From Marsupella aquatica (taxonomy: Eukaryota; Plantae; Marchantiophyta): a DNA stretch of 64,000 nucleotides. The DNA lies in NCBI GenBank assembly GCA_973895155.1, contig OZ316896.1:124001-188000 (forward strand). The letters run 5' to 3'. How positions within the stretch are numbered: position 1 is the stretch's first letter; every line of letters starts with the position of its first letter. Positions 40,901-53,155 of this stretch are shown piece by piece. The translations under genes were made by a program, and so were the position numbers. The notes under the pieces are model-generated. The model had not been told where the DNA came from. It saw only the letters and a program-made list of their open reading frames with translations, and made no database searches.

Positions 40901-42620
40901 GCCTCTGGGGCAGTGTCCTGTACCGGTGCCGTTGCCGTTGCCGTTGCCAGTGCCGTTCTCTCCTTCTCCAGCAATTTCAGCAGATTCTGCATGCCTGATT
41001 GCTGCATCGGCAAGTCTTCTTTCCTTGGCCAAAACACCTGCTCGATCGTAGGACTGGCAGGCTGGTTGGGCTCTTCTGTTGCCGGCCTCTACTCCGGAAC
41101 CTCCTCCGGTGCCCTTGCCGATAGGGGAAGTACTGGGGCAAAGATTTGACTTCTGGCATACCGGCACAACAGCGGCATGTGATAGCCAAGTCGGGACACG
41201 CTTCCCACGCCGATCACCTGCTGTTCCTCCTTCAAGATCTTCTTCAGTTGTTTGAGGAGGTACCCGTTGTAATCCCGGCTTGGGTCTGGCCTTTCTGCCA
41301 GGTAGACCTGAGCCTTGCCGATCTCTGCCCTTGGCAAGTTACAATGCATGGTCACCCGCAAGAAATCGATCATCTCTTCGATGTTCGGGTTGGTGCAAGT
41401 GTTCCGGAAGAAGCCATTCTTCGTTGATGGTCCTAGGAACGACCGGAACTCCTTGTCAGGTAAGGTCTTCCTGGTATCAACCTTGGTCTTATTACCCATC
41501 GGCAAGCCAAACACCTCGGCAATCACCCGGGGAGTGAGATAGAAATCCTTCCCATACACCCTCGTGGAATTGGTCTCGGGTTCCCATGATCCCACGAATT
41601 CTAATAAATCTGAGTCCTACACCTCCGGCTTCAGCCATGGTAATCTTACGAAGGCTTCCAAGCCGGATCCGGCCATGAAGCCCTGGTACTTCTTGGTCTA
41701 CATGGCCGTAAAGCATGCATCCTCCTCCCGTGCAAAATGTAATTGTACTTCCTCTGGTAGGGTCGCCGCCCAGCCTTTCCAGGTGTCATCCTTTGTTGGA
41801 ATGGCATTGATGGGATCGACCTCCTCCTCTTTGGCTTCTCCTTGCCTCCTATTCTGCTGCTCTGCTGGCTTCCTTGGTGCCACCGACCTCATTTTTTTTG
41901 CCAGGGTGGCCTCTTCGTTGTTGTTTCCTTTCCTCTTCATCTCGGCTACCGTGGATGTTTCTCCTAGCACAATTGCCTTTGTCCACCCCTCTGTGCTACC
42001 CTTCAACTCCCAGTACACGTCGTTGCAGCGGTTGATGGCTTCCCGAATGCCGACGATTCTGTCTTTGCAAAACAGAAGGTCATCGAGCTGATTGGCAGTA
42101 GGAGTCCACAAGAACTCGGCCTTGATGAGTTCTCCTCCTAAGAAGGCAAACTTCTGTAGCTCCCACAGTCAAGCAAGCTCCTGCCGTTCTCGAGCTGCTC
42201 TCTCTGATTCTTCGTCCTCATAAGTCCTAATGTACTCAGTTGCCCGTTCAAACAGGCATCCCCAAAAATGTGCCGCTTGATTGATGTTGCTCATACCCTC
42301 CTTGACTCGATCGTTGGTATCTGCTCCCGCCCAGAGTGCTTGCCTAAGCAGCTGACAGTAGTTGGCCTTCTGTAGTCGTCTGCCCAGTTTGTGCTTGCAA
42401 TTGAGCCACCATTCCTCGCGAGCGGTCCTTACCCCTCTCCTCCTCTGGTCTTTCCTCCCGTTGGTTACCCCTAGCCACCGATGCTTAGCGCGCCCTAACC
42501 CTAATCGTGTTCTCTCCCCCGGTGTCCTTACCTCCGGCCTCGGCCCGGGTTCCATAGTCACCCTTAATTGTTTATATTTTCCTTGTTTTTGTTACTATAC
42601 TAATGTGTTTATAGGGTACA
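37943..42620 (-). repeat. 3' LTR of copy B, 4,678 bp (TGTACCCTAT...GCACCACA)
   Basis: Starts with TG immediately after the PPT and ends in CA at the same end found next to both PBSs. The distal 1.9 kb is duplicated in the 5' LTR. Confidence 0.75.
38845..42555 (-). pseudogene. LTR-encoded accessory ORF (~1,236 aa): plant-transposon/PMD-like domain + long coiled coil + basic NLS-like motif + acidic tail; five in-frame stops, no frameshift
   Basis: ORFs 42169..42561, 41698..42111, 41089..41595, 39688..41037 and 38845..39609 are all in the same frame. Stops at 42169, 41698, 41617, 41089 and 39688 are all TGA/TAG. Motif GLEAFVRLPW...LLEFVGSW...VYGKDFYLTPRVIAEVFGLP. Confidence 0.85.
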
Positions 42621-42638
42621 CCTCCGTTTTCCCCACTT
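42621..42638 (-). promoter_or_regulatory. Polypurine tract
   Basis: AAGTGGGGAAAACGGAGG, 21 nt after the integrase stop and directly followed by TGTACC. Confidence 0.75.
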
Positions 42639-45600
42639 AACTGGCCTAGTGATTCCTGGCTAGGCATCACATAGCTCCCCACTTAATTGTGAAGCGTCCT
42701 CGCAAACAACTTCATCTTCGTCCATATAGTATTTCTTGAGGCGGTCGTAATGGATGCGAACTGGGTACACCTCTCCAGTAATGTTGGCCAATTGCACATA
42801 GCCATTAGAGAACTTCATTGATACCCTGAAAGGTCCTAACCAGCGAGTGTAAAGTTTCCCTGGAAACCTACTATACCTACTGTCATAAAGTAATACAAGA
42901 TCTCCTGTGTGAATACTAAGTAGTTTCAACCTTTTATCATATTGCTGCTTCATGGTATTCTGTCTATATTCTACTCTCTCGGCTGAAATCATTCTTGCCT
43001 CCTCTAAAGCTTCTAACCTATATTCTCGCTCCTTTAGGCTTTCCTCCTCTGAGGTTCTCTCCTCAATTGTAACTTGAAATGTAGGAATCTCAAGTTGCAT
43101 GGGTACCAGGGCTTCCTGTCCAAAGGTTAAGAAAAAAGGTGTATGACCGGTAGTGGATTTATAGGCTAAATTGTAAGCAAAAATAGCAGCAAACAATTTA
43201 TCATTCCAATCAAGTTTGTTCTGAGCTCCGGTTTTGTTCAATATCTTTCCTATAATTCTATTTGCTCGTTCTGTCAACCCATTTGCCTTTGGGTGGTAGG
43301 GAGTAGTAGGTCTATGTCTAACTAAATACTGCTCATTTAAACGACTAATTATATCATTCAGAAAATGGGTTCCTCTATCACTAACTAATTCTAGGGGTGC
43401 GCCATACCTGGTGAAGATCTGCTCATACATGAATTGAGCCGTAGTAATTGCATCATCCTTCGTTGTCGGCCTGGCCTCTACCCACTTAGTTGCATAATCC
43501 GTGGCCAGGATTATGTACTTGTTTTTTTGAGGATGGGTCAATGGTTTCAGAGGTCCCAAGTAGTCAATACCCCATTTCTCAAATGGTGCCAGAGGTAGAA
43601 TAGGGTGCAGTGGATGTCTTGTGGACGCCCTTGGTCCTCCCGCTCGCTGACAAGGGTCGCATTATTTGATAAACTGATAGACATCCTTGTGCAAGGTGGG
43701 CCACCAATAACCGGCATTTAATATCTTTTTAGATGTGGTTGCTGGAGAAAAATGTCCTTCGGCTTCCTCCCCATGCATAGCCCGTAAGACTCGTTTTACC
43801 TCTCCTTTTTCCAAACACCTTTGAATCGTGCCGCTGATTCCATACCTGTGTAGGATGCCCTTAATGCACTGATACTGTCTGACCTTCCGTAGAAAGACTG
43901 CAACTTGCTCTCTGTTTAGCCCTGGCTGTAATCTGGATGTGCTGAGAAATTGTAAAATCTCAGGGTACCATGTATCAGCTATTTCCACAACGAATAGCTC
44001 CTCGTCGAGAAATTGATCATTGATGCAATTCGTGGTAGGTTCACCTGTGATCCTTGAAAAGAAGTCGGCATTGGCGTGTAGCTTTCCTGGCTTGATTTTT
44101 AGCTCATAGTCAAACTCCTGTAATAGCAAAATCCATCTTGCTACCCTGCCTGTAAGGTCCGGCTTATTTACTAGGTACTTCAAACTTTCATGATCGGTAT
44201 GAAAGATTACTTTGTACCCCAGTAAATAATGCATAAATTTTTTACAGGAATAAATGACTCCTAATGCTTCTCTTTCTGTGGTGGAGTAATTGTGTTTGGC
44301 ATCGGCAAGTTGGCGGCTTGCAAAGTATATGGGATGGTCCCTTCCTTTCTCATCCAACTAACTTAGTACTGAGCCGATACAGAAGCCTGAGACATCTACA
44401 AAGACATGAAAATCCTTGTTCCAGTCTGGTGCTATCATGACTGGGGCCTCTACTAACATTTGCTTCAATTCTACTACTGCTGTTACTCGTTCTGGTGTGG
44501 GTTCAAAGTCTGCACCTGCTTTGAGCATGTTGGTTAATGGTAAAGCTAGTTTGGCAAAGTCCTTGATGAACCGGCGATAATAGCCAATGCACCCCAAGAA
44601 GGATCTCACATCCTTTATGTTCTTAGGTTGCATGATATCTAGCCATACTGCTAGCTTACCCTTATCAATCTCAATGCCCTTCTTTGATACCTTGTGACCT
44701 AGTAGCACACCCTCTGTTACTCCAAAGAAATATTTATCGGGGTGTAACTTGAGACCTACCTCTCTGCATCTCATGAAGGTTTTCCTGAGGTATTTAGCAT
44801 GTTTTGATGCCTTCCCAAACACTGCAAAGTCATCAATGAAGATTTCCATGAATTTTCTCAAGTAGTCGTGGAAAATGTTCACCATTAATCGTTGGAACAT
44901 TGCTGGTGTGTTACATAGTCCAAACGGCATACGATTGAAGACATAGATCCCCATTCCGTGATGAAGGCCGTCTTGATTTGGTCCTCCTGCCTAATCATGA
45001 TTTGGTTATAACCAGAGTATCCATCCATGAATGAGTATAGTTCATGACTGGCTACCATGTCTAGTACCATATCAGTAAAGGGTAAAGGAAAATGGTCTTT
45101 TAATGTAGCCTCATTCAACTTCCTGTAATCCTGACAAACCCGGATCTTTGGTTTACCATCGGGTCCAGCTTTCTTGGGAACTATCACGATTGCAATTACC
45201 CAGTCTGAGTGTAGGACTGGAGTGATGAATCCGGCTTCTACTAGCTTGTCGATTTCAGTTTTTACCATCAAAGAATACTTAGGGTTCATCCGTTGAATCG
45301 GTTGTCGAAATGATTTGGCCCCTAACATGAGATCGATTCGGTGTTCTCCTAGTTTTGGGTCTACTCCCTTCAGATCTTGGTGACTCCATGCAAACACATC
45401 CTGAAATTCAATTAGTAATTCACTGATCTCCTTCTTGAGCTCAGGTGTTAGGTCTCTCCCTAAGTTCAGTTCCCTTCCTTCTCCTAAGTTGAGCTTCCGG
45501 TATTGCCGTGCTTGGATCATATTAATCTGCTTCTTCAAATTCGGGTCCAGCTCGGCTTCCAGCCTTTCCAGTCTCATACCTCCATAGACTGGAATCTTGG

Positions 45601-48600
45601 CAGTACTAGCCGAGTTTGTTGACTTAATTTCTCCCTGGTTCTCAACAAACTGTTCCCCTGCCGTTCTGCTCGGTTTTGATTTAGTTGTCGGCTTCCCTTC
45701 CTGACTCGGTTTTGGATTCTTCCCGTACATGTCATCTATTCTTGCTTCCTGAGGGTCAGGCCGTCGTGCTCTTCCGGCTTCTAGTAGGCCTCAATTTGCT
45801 CTGCCCTTGAGATCGGCTTGTAAGACGATCCCCTTGTATTTAATTTGTTGTCGGGGATAGACTGTGTTGTGGATCCTGTCGGCTCTACCACAACGCCTAA
45901 GGAAAATCCATGGTCCCTGCTGTAGCTCCCCACTTAACCGTTTCACCCAACTGGTCCACCTTTGGTGCTTCCTCCGGGATTGAAGCTAAAAAGGTGGATT
46001 CTATGGTAAAGCAGTCCTCGACCTCTTCTTCACCTTCCTCTAAGTCACCTTCCATAGGTTCTTGCCATAATCCGCTGGGGGGTACCTCTAGTCCAAAGAC
46101 ACTTTCTTCGGTTAGGTCAGTGAGGCATTCTAGCCAACGTACCTCATCGGCAGATTCCAGTCCACTGTTGTACCCATCTATCTCCCTGATGCTTTTCCTG
46201 CGGTCATCCTTGGTGTCCCAGGATACCGTGATAGATGGGGCCCCAAAGGTGAACTCCTTCTTACCCCAATTCTCTATTACCTTGGCTAGGTACAGCCATG
46301 GCTTGCCAATTAAAAGCCGGAACAACGTAGGGTTTACCGGCTTCATTACTACATAGTTAATGCTAAAGAAGATACCTCCTATCTCCGTTTTGATGCTGGG
46401 TAACACTCCCGTGGGAATGACTTGATACCCATTGGCCATGTTTAACACTCTTCCAGTCATCTCTGGCGTTAGACCCCATCCTTTTGCTGTTGAATCAATC
46501 ATAATACATACCCCTGATCCTCCATCAATGGGTACTCGCAATAATATTTCTCCTTGAATCATTAATGGTAATGCTCGGGCTCCTTGATCTTCTTCTATCA
46601 TCAGCACATCGGATTTGGTTGCTACCTTGGGTAATCTCGGCTTGCCGAGAATCGCCTTCCTTAACTGCTTCCGGAAGTACGGGCTATTTTTCAATAGTTG
46701 ACCTACGGTTGCCGAGACTCTAGATTCTAGCACATCTTTAGCCAGGTCATAGGGAACTATCGCCTTCTCTTCTGGCGGTGTCCTCTTGGCTTCGGCCTGT
46801 TTTTCCACACTGGTTTCCACAGCCATTGGATCCTCCAAAGCAAACAACGCTTTTGCTCATTTCACATCCTTGGCTATGGCTTCGGTATTCTCTAGGGTTT
46901 CTAATTCTTGCAATTGTTCCTTAACACTAGCCGTAATAGAGGGGTAGAACAACTTAGGGTGATCTCGATTGAAGTTGCTATCCTATGAAGGATTGGGCTC
47001 ACTGGTGGGCTCATGGCTTACCTGTGTTGCCGGCGCCTTTCCTTCCCCTTCTGTTGATGTTGACGAAGAGTCGATTCTTTCTTCCTTATCCTTCCCTTTA
47101 TTTTTGGCCAGCCCATCCCACCTTTCCTTCCTTCTGGTAGATCGAGTAGAGACCCGGTAGCAATCATGATCCAAATCCTCCTCTAAGAAGGTTGATAGGG
47201 CCTCGGCCTCATCATCAGATGGTCCAAACTCTGCCTCGGCATCCGTTTGCCATCCGAGTTTGATGTGGTTGATTTGAACTCCTCCAGGGGTAGTACCTGG
47301 TGGCAAGACCTTGACTGGCAAGAGCTTATGGTTTGCGGCCATGCCTGCCAACCACGTAGGACATTGTCCTAACAGGTGGCCCTCCTGTCGGCATCCCATA
47401 CATAGCTGAGCTGGTTGTCCATCACCTTGTTTGCGTGCATTCGGGCATTCTCTAGCAAAATGACCATGTTGACCACAATTATAGCATGCCGCAAATCTTT
47501 GCACATTCGGCCTAGGAGGTATTGACAAATTTTGAATAATCCGAGGATACATTTCTCCCGGATTGTTCCTTAATCTTGACCAGAGAGATGCAGGTCTGTT
47601 GGATAGGTCTCGTGCTCCAGTCTCACTGATGACGAAAACACTATCAGCGGCATCCCCTAAAAAGTACTCTACTTCTCCCTGACATGGTTTGACCTCAGCC
47701 ACATGCCGAACATGACTAGTATTAAGTTTAGGACACGCATCTTTATGGTGTCCAATTTTATAACATAAGGCACACCATACAAAGCTATCCTCCTGTACTA
47801 CCTTCTTCTTTGGTTTTACCTCTTCTATTATAGCCTTAAGCTGCTTGGTAAGGGCTACGATGTTATTTGGTGTTTTAGCCTCTAGCTTGACTTTCATCTT
47901 TCCCCTCCTTCTGCCCTTCCTTTTCCTTGTTTTTTCTTCTTCAGAACTAGAAGATGACTCACTCTTGCTACCTCCACTATCCGAGCTTGAGTTATCACTT
48001 CTTGACTTCTTAGAATGTTTCTTTTTCTTATCATTTTTCTTATGGGTTGATCCTTCCTCCGATGAGGAACTCTCAGACTTAAGCTGTTTCTTCCGGCTTG
48101 TGATATCTGCATTAATTATGTATAATTGAATATCTCTAATTGCCTCGGCTAAAGTCTCTGGATTCTCCTTCCTAATTGCAAAACTCATCTTCTGTGGCAA
48201 AGCATTCACTAACCATTGAAGTTGCATACCTTCAAATGCATTAGTCTTTGTACGTCTTACCAGCTTTTGGAAGCATTGCAGGAACTTCCTGAAGGATTTG
48301 TTCTCCTTGAACCGGAGTCATCCCAACTTCATCACTGCTAACTCTGAAGTTCCAATGGGTCAAAACTCCTTGACAAATAGTGATCTGAAAGTATTCCAGA
48401 TGGCTTGATCTTCCACGTCCAATGCTCTGTACCAAGGCCTAGCCTCACCCTTGAACAGGCCGGGAAGAATTTGCATCTTGATGGCCGATTCTCCATTTGC
48501 TGCAGCGGTTCCTTCGAAGTCATCCAACCATTCGTCCGGATCCTCATCTCCTCTTCCATGAAAGGCCTTGTAATGAATACGCAACCGTTGGCTCAGTCTA

Positions 48601-48631
48601 TTCCCTGGCCTCTCGTCTGGCCGTGCCTCTG

Positions 48632-50981
48632 TGTCACGCAATTGACATGGGTCTTAACACCAAAAACGTCACTATGGGTGCCAAAACCATCTCCTTGTAC
48701 TTGAGGATCACGAAGGGATGTTGTGAAGGCCGGTAAACACCAATTTATGCCCTTAACACCAGACTATCGTAGCAAGACTCTATCACACATCACCCAAGCT
48801 CAATCCCAAGGAACCAAGGTTGGGGATCAGATCTGCGCTCATGATAGTTCTGGTGAGAAGGGGTCTTCATATCGGGCCCGTACACACAGGGCCTAGCGCT
48901 ACGGTGCGCATAGGTCTATACGTATGCTTACTATCATAGGTATGTTTCTATTCCGCCGCCGGAATGTACCCATAAACCAGTGACTCCTGACTGATTCCTG
49001 GCTTAGGGACTTCTAAGCCATTGCCCCACCACTCTGCCATTCCACTCTCAGCAATCAGAGCTATGACAACCCTCACCCAACCCACTTCAATGCACCCGGT
49101 ACACCTCTCAATGGCGCTGCTAGTCCCATCAAACACTCAGATTGCCTCACACACACACATCCATGAGAGAAATGAGGCCGAAGAGGAAAACTCAATTAGA
49201 TTCAAAGATGTGCACAATAGTTCACTGAGAACACTTGATCCGAACACTAGGCCCAAAGGCTGTCTCCTCCAGATTGCGACGTGCTTGCCCCGCAAGCCCC
49301 GTGCTTGCCATGCAAGCTCAATCCTGAACCTGAGCCCGACTCACTCCAGATTGCGACGGCAAATTGGACTCTAACCAATCCCGTACTTGCCTTGCAAACT
49401 CAATCCTGAACTCAACCTCCTTCACTGCACTTCATTCTTGGGGGCACGTACAGATCTCACACCTCCATTTCCGAATGTCAAGTACGCATGCACAGTTGAC
49501 TCGACTTCAAAGCTGGTACCAGACCTAACGACGATCTACCCCAGACTATAATGAGGCCCGGCCTCACGCTTGCCCTGCAAGCTCAGCTCTGGCCATAAAT
49601 CCCTTAGTGCTCTCTACCAGACAAAGGCCGGGACTCCCCATGGATCACGTAGCCTTGCCACACCGAACTGTAAATGCTCCTTCTGCTGCCCCTCAATCAG
49701 TATCTCAGCCTCCCTAATGTGCTCACCACAAACCAAATTGACATCCTCCCCACAGTTTACAATCACCAAAACATCACGTATCACCAAGGCTCTGTATCGG
49801 GGGAAAAGAACCCAGTTGTGCTGCCCACTAGAAAGAGCCACAATCCAGCTCGCAAACCTAGCAACCTGTTGTAGCTGTGAAGCTTGGCTGATTACTCCCT
49901 GAGTAATAGCACAACCAAGCTCTCCCCAACATGCAGCGTCCAAGTCCAGCCTTGCTTGCACAGAGCTCCTCCCTACTGTTCAGTCTAAGTGAGATCACAC
50001 AACTGAATAGATCTATCGGGGGGCTGCTCTATATACTCTCATACTGAGCCCAAATGGGTGGATACTACACTGCTGGAGCCCCATCCCAGCCCTAACAGAG
50101 CCGCCACTATCTCTAACTACTGAACCCTAACTCGCAACTTTATTTCTATCTTGAATTGGCTATGTACTTCGGATTTGGCCCTCCTCCATGGTTTTTGCGA
50201 GCTTGCGCCTCCTCTCCCGATTTCTCTATTCAACCATTTGCTGCGTGGATAGCAGCGTTGGAAGCGGCTTGAGCTCCTCTTTCCAACAAGGTCAATTATA
50301 GCCAATTTGGCCAAATACACAGAAAGTTATGCCCCCATAACCGAGAGGGGGTACTCACTGCTACGCTAACCCGAGTTACATAGCTAACCCGAGTAGAGCT
50401 AACCCGTGGTCTCGGGTTAGGCCGCTACCCACTATCCGCTAACCTAGGCTAAGCTGAGCCTGAACCCGAGCTTGCCTATGCTAACCCGAGCCCGAGTTTA
50501 GGCTACCCAAGTTCAGTCTAACCCGGGATCAATCTAATCCGAACCCGGGTTAAGCCTAAGCTGAAGCCGTGCTGACCTGAGCTAAGCTGAAGCCGTGCTT
50601 ACCTAAGCTAAGCCGTGCCCGAGCTTGGGTTAACCCGAAACTGAAGCCGAATCCGCTAATTTCGGCCACAAGTTAACCCGTCACACTAATCAGGCCGTAT
50701 CTTCCTTAATACACCTTCGTTTCCCAAGTGTTTTATATCAATTTTACTCGCCTTGACCAGATCTTTTCAATGCTCGTTACAGATCCGGATTTGGTGACAT
50801 ATTGAAAGAGATATTGTCGTCGACCACCCACGACATAGCTTTTATTTCCCTACTCTTAACGCCATGATTGCCCTTATTCTTGTCATCGTGCTAATTGTTA
50901 TGCAATATCAATAGCTACTCCTTGCATACAGCAACCTACTTAATCAGATTACAGAATAAGGACCATGTCATTGGCGTCACA
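48632..50981. mobile_element. Solo LTR (2,350 bp) of an unrelated family, inserted in gag of copy B
   Basis: TGTCACGCAATTGACATGG...CCATGTCATTGGCGTCACA with imperfect ~22-bp inverted ends. Perfect 5-bp TSD CTCTG (48627-48631 and 50982-50986). Copy A has the empty site. Confidence 0.9.
50335..50660 (+). repeat. GCTAACCCGAG / GCTAAGCTGAAGCCG short-repeat cluster inside the solo LTR
   Basis: More than 10 (CT)AACCCG(AG)-like motifs in both orientations. Confidence 0.8.
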
Positions 50982-51235
50982 CTCTGGTTCCCCCATGTCG
51001 GTTGGAGACTCACTTCTCCTTACCGACCCTTCTTCTGGTATGTCTTCTTCGATGCCACTTTCAGTTACGGAGCTACTAGCTCTTTCTGCCCCTCTCAGTC
51101 GCTGTGTATCATGCCACCCGGTGAGCTGCTGCAGACGAGCTCTCTCCTGTTGAATCGCTCTTTCCTCTCTCGGCGTAGGTTCAGTCATTACCCACGCTTC
51201 CTTCCTAACTTCATATCTCACAGCTTAAGAAATGC

Positions 51236-51253
51236 CCCCTCCATCTAGCGCCA
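51236..51253 (-). promoter_or_regulatory. PBS (tRNA-Asn type) of copy B
   Basis: Plus-strand CCCCTCCATCTAGCGCCA, identical to the PBS of copy A. Confidence 0.8.
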
Positions 51254-51257
51254 AAAA

Positions 51258-53155
51258 TGTGGTGCGTCCCATGGCTCCCCAAACCCAAGAAAACCCCCTT
51301 GCTCAAGCCGATTCCCGTAGGTTTTGTCCTCGGCGAGGCCGTTTCTGCGGCTTAGCGGCATGGGACGCTGCTAATTCTCCTTCTACTACTATTAACATTT
51401 TACACACATATACTAGACAGATCCTTCATTGGGTCATGAGATACTTAGCCGGCCTATTCTAGGCCTTCCCTTGTATTCCTCTCCTGGTCTTCCATTAGGT
51501 ATGTTTGGATTCCGCCACCGGAATGATCCCCAATTGGCTTGGTTAAGCCACTAAGACCTCTCTCAGCTCGACACATCCAACTCTCACTCCCTTGCTACTT
51601 CCCTTCATTGATGTGGGCACTCTTCACACAAGTTAATGTGACACACAAATAGCAAAATGACTCCTTTTGACTGAGTTATACCATGCACTTGCCATACAAA
51701 CAGTATATCTCATACACAAGCTCTGCGAACTAAGCCGTGAGGCCAACTCTATTCAGTTCGTAGGCATGAGGAAACATGAATATACACAAGGGTCACTGTA
51801 TAACTAACCGAGAGCTTCTCTTACTACTTGATCCCAGCCCTGCTGGTGCAACTAAAAACTTGCTAAAGAAGAGGCCCTGGACTCCCCGCTGCCCAGGTAT
51901 TTATCCTGGCAGCGGATCTGTCCAGAACTTCGCTGCGTAAGCTTAATCTATCCTACCTGTAATCTACCTAACTGTACAGCGAGGCAGGAGCACAAGTGTT
52001 GCTCCTACTAGTGGATCCGCCATCCCACTAATCTAAGTGTCAGGGTCGTCTCCTTGTCTTGATCCTAATCCTAAACTTGGAGATCTGAGCCCGCCCTGCC
52101 CACTCACGCCTCCTACCTCCACGTCCGCCCTTCCTTAAAGGAACGACGCCCTTGCACCGTCACGACACCGGTGGCGGATCCTCAATGGACACCCCTAACG
52201 CTTCCCCCGCAGCCACTGCCGTCGGTCCATCCTCTGACAGATTGCCTACCCTGGACCGAGTCAACTCTTCATCGGCTTGACTGGGTCCACCCTCGGCTTC
52301 GGCCTCAGCATCGGTCACGGCCTTCGATACGGCTTCGGCCTCTCCGTCATGTTCTAGTGGAGGATCCGGTACCTCGGCTTCATCAATAGCTATCCCGGCC
52401 TCGGCCTTGCCATCCCCACCTTCTTCAACAGGTGGATCTACTACCATGACCATGCCGAAGGTTGGTGTCGGGTTGACCTCCTGGGTCACAACGGCTTGGT
52501 AAGCCGTATAACTCCCAGACCCAAAAGGTTTCCGCTTCTTCTTCTTCCCTGTTTCGGTAGTTGGTCCCTTCCCCTTGCTACCTACCTCCGACATCGGGGC
52601 GTGTGTCTCGGCTTGTCTTTTGGCTAGTACCCCTCCTGGTAACGGAGTTCCCACAATTGGAGTTGGACCAGATGAAGCTAAGCACTTAAATACTGCGGCC
52701 TGTTTCTTCAGCCACTCCGTTTGGTTGTCGGCCCGCCACTGTAAGTTCTCCATCTTCCTGGTGGTTTCCTCCATCTCCTCCTGGGCTTTCTCCAGGTCCT
52801 TCTGTCCCTCCTGCAGCTCCTTTTTGGCTTCCTCCAATTCCAATTTTAAGGTAGCCCTCTCCTCCTGGGTTGCTCTTCGCTCCTTGTCGAGCTCCGCTAT
52901 GACCTCAGACTCCATCTTATTCATCTTGGCATAAGTCTGGTCGAGCTGGTCGTCCTTCTCACGCAGGTTGGCCTTGAAGCTGGCCGTCAAGGACGCAAGC
53001 TCCTGCTACAACGCAATAACCCCTTGATAGGATTTTCCTAACTCGACCTCCTTCTGCTCAAGGGCTCCGCAGATATCCTCGAGCTCTCCTTTCAACGCCC
53101 TCTCCTTTCTTTGAGTCTCCGCCATGGCCCGGTTGTTGGCGGTTATGTGGGCCTA
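51258..53155 (-). repeat. Distal 1.9 kb of the 5' LTR of copy B, including the ORF C-terminus (52160-53155)
   Basis: Colinear with 37943-39840; ORF 52160..52990 matches ORF 38845..39609. Confidence 0.88.

Larger units (their letters stand above)
42660..51188 (-). pseudogene. gag-pol: gag-pol of copy B (stops and frameshifts; interrupted by a solo LTR)
   Basis: ATG at 51188; three CCHC knuckles; protease VPIDGGSGV; RT FMDGYSGYNQI and IFIDDF; RNase H FVDVSG, YSTTEREAL, TDH; integrase HHCC, SDRGTHF, NGLTER, WLGPFRV. Confidence 0.93.
37943..53155 (-). mobile_element. Non-chromovirus Ty3/gypsy retrotransposon, copy B (near full length; 5' LTR interrupted at 53155)
   Basis: Order on the minus strand: 5' LTR (53155-51258), PBS, gag-PR-RT-RH-INT, PPT, 3' LTR (42620-37943). 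The two LTRs are colinear at a constant 13,315-bp offset over 1.9 kb. No chromodomain or additional archaeal RNase H was seen. Confidence 0.92.

Noticed and set aside
38845-42555. env-like gene call for the extra ORF
   Set aside because: No signal peptide or transmembrane segment is visible; the protein is charged and coiled-coil with an NLS-like motif.
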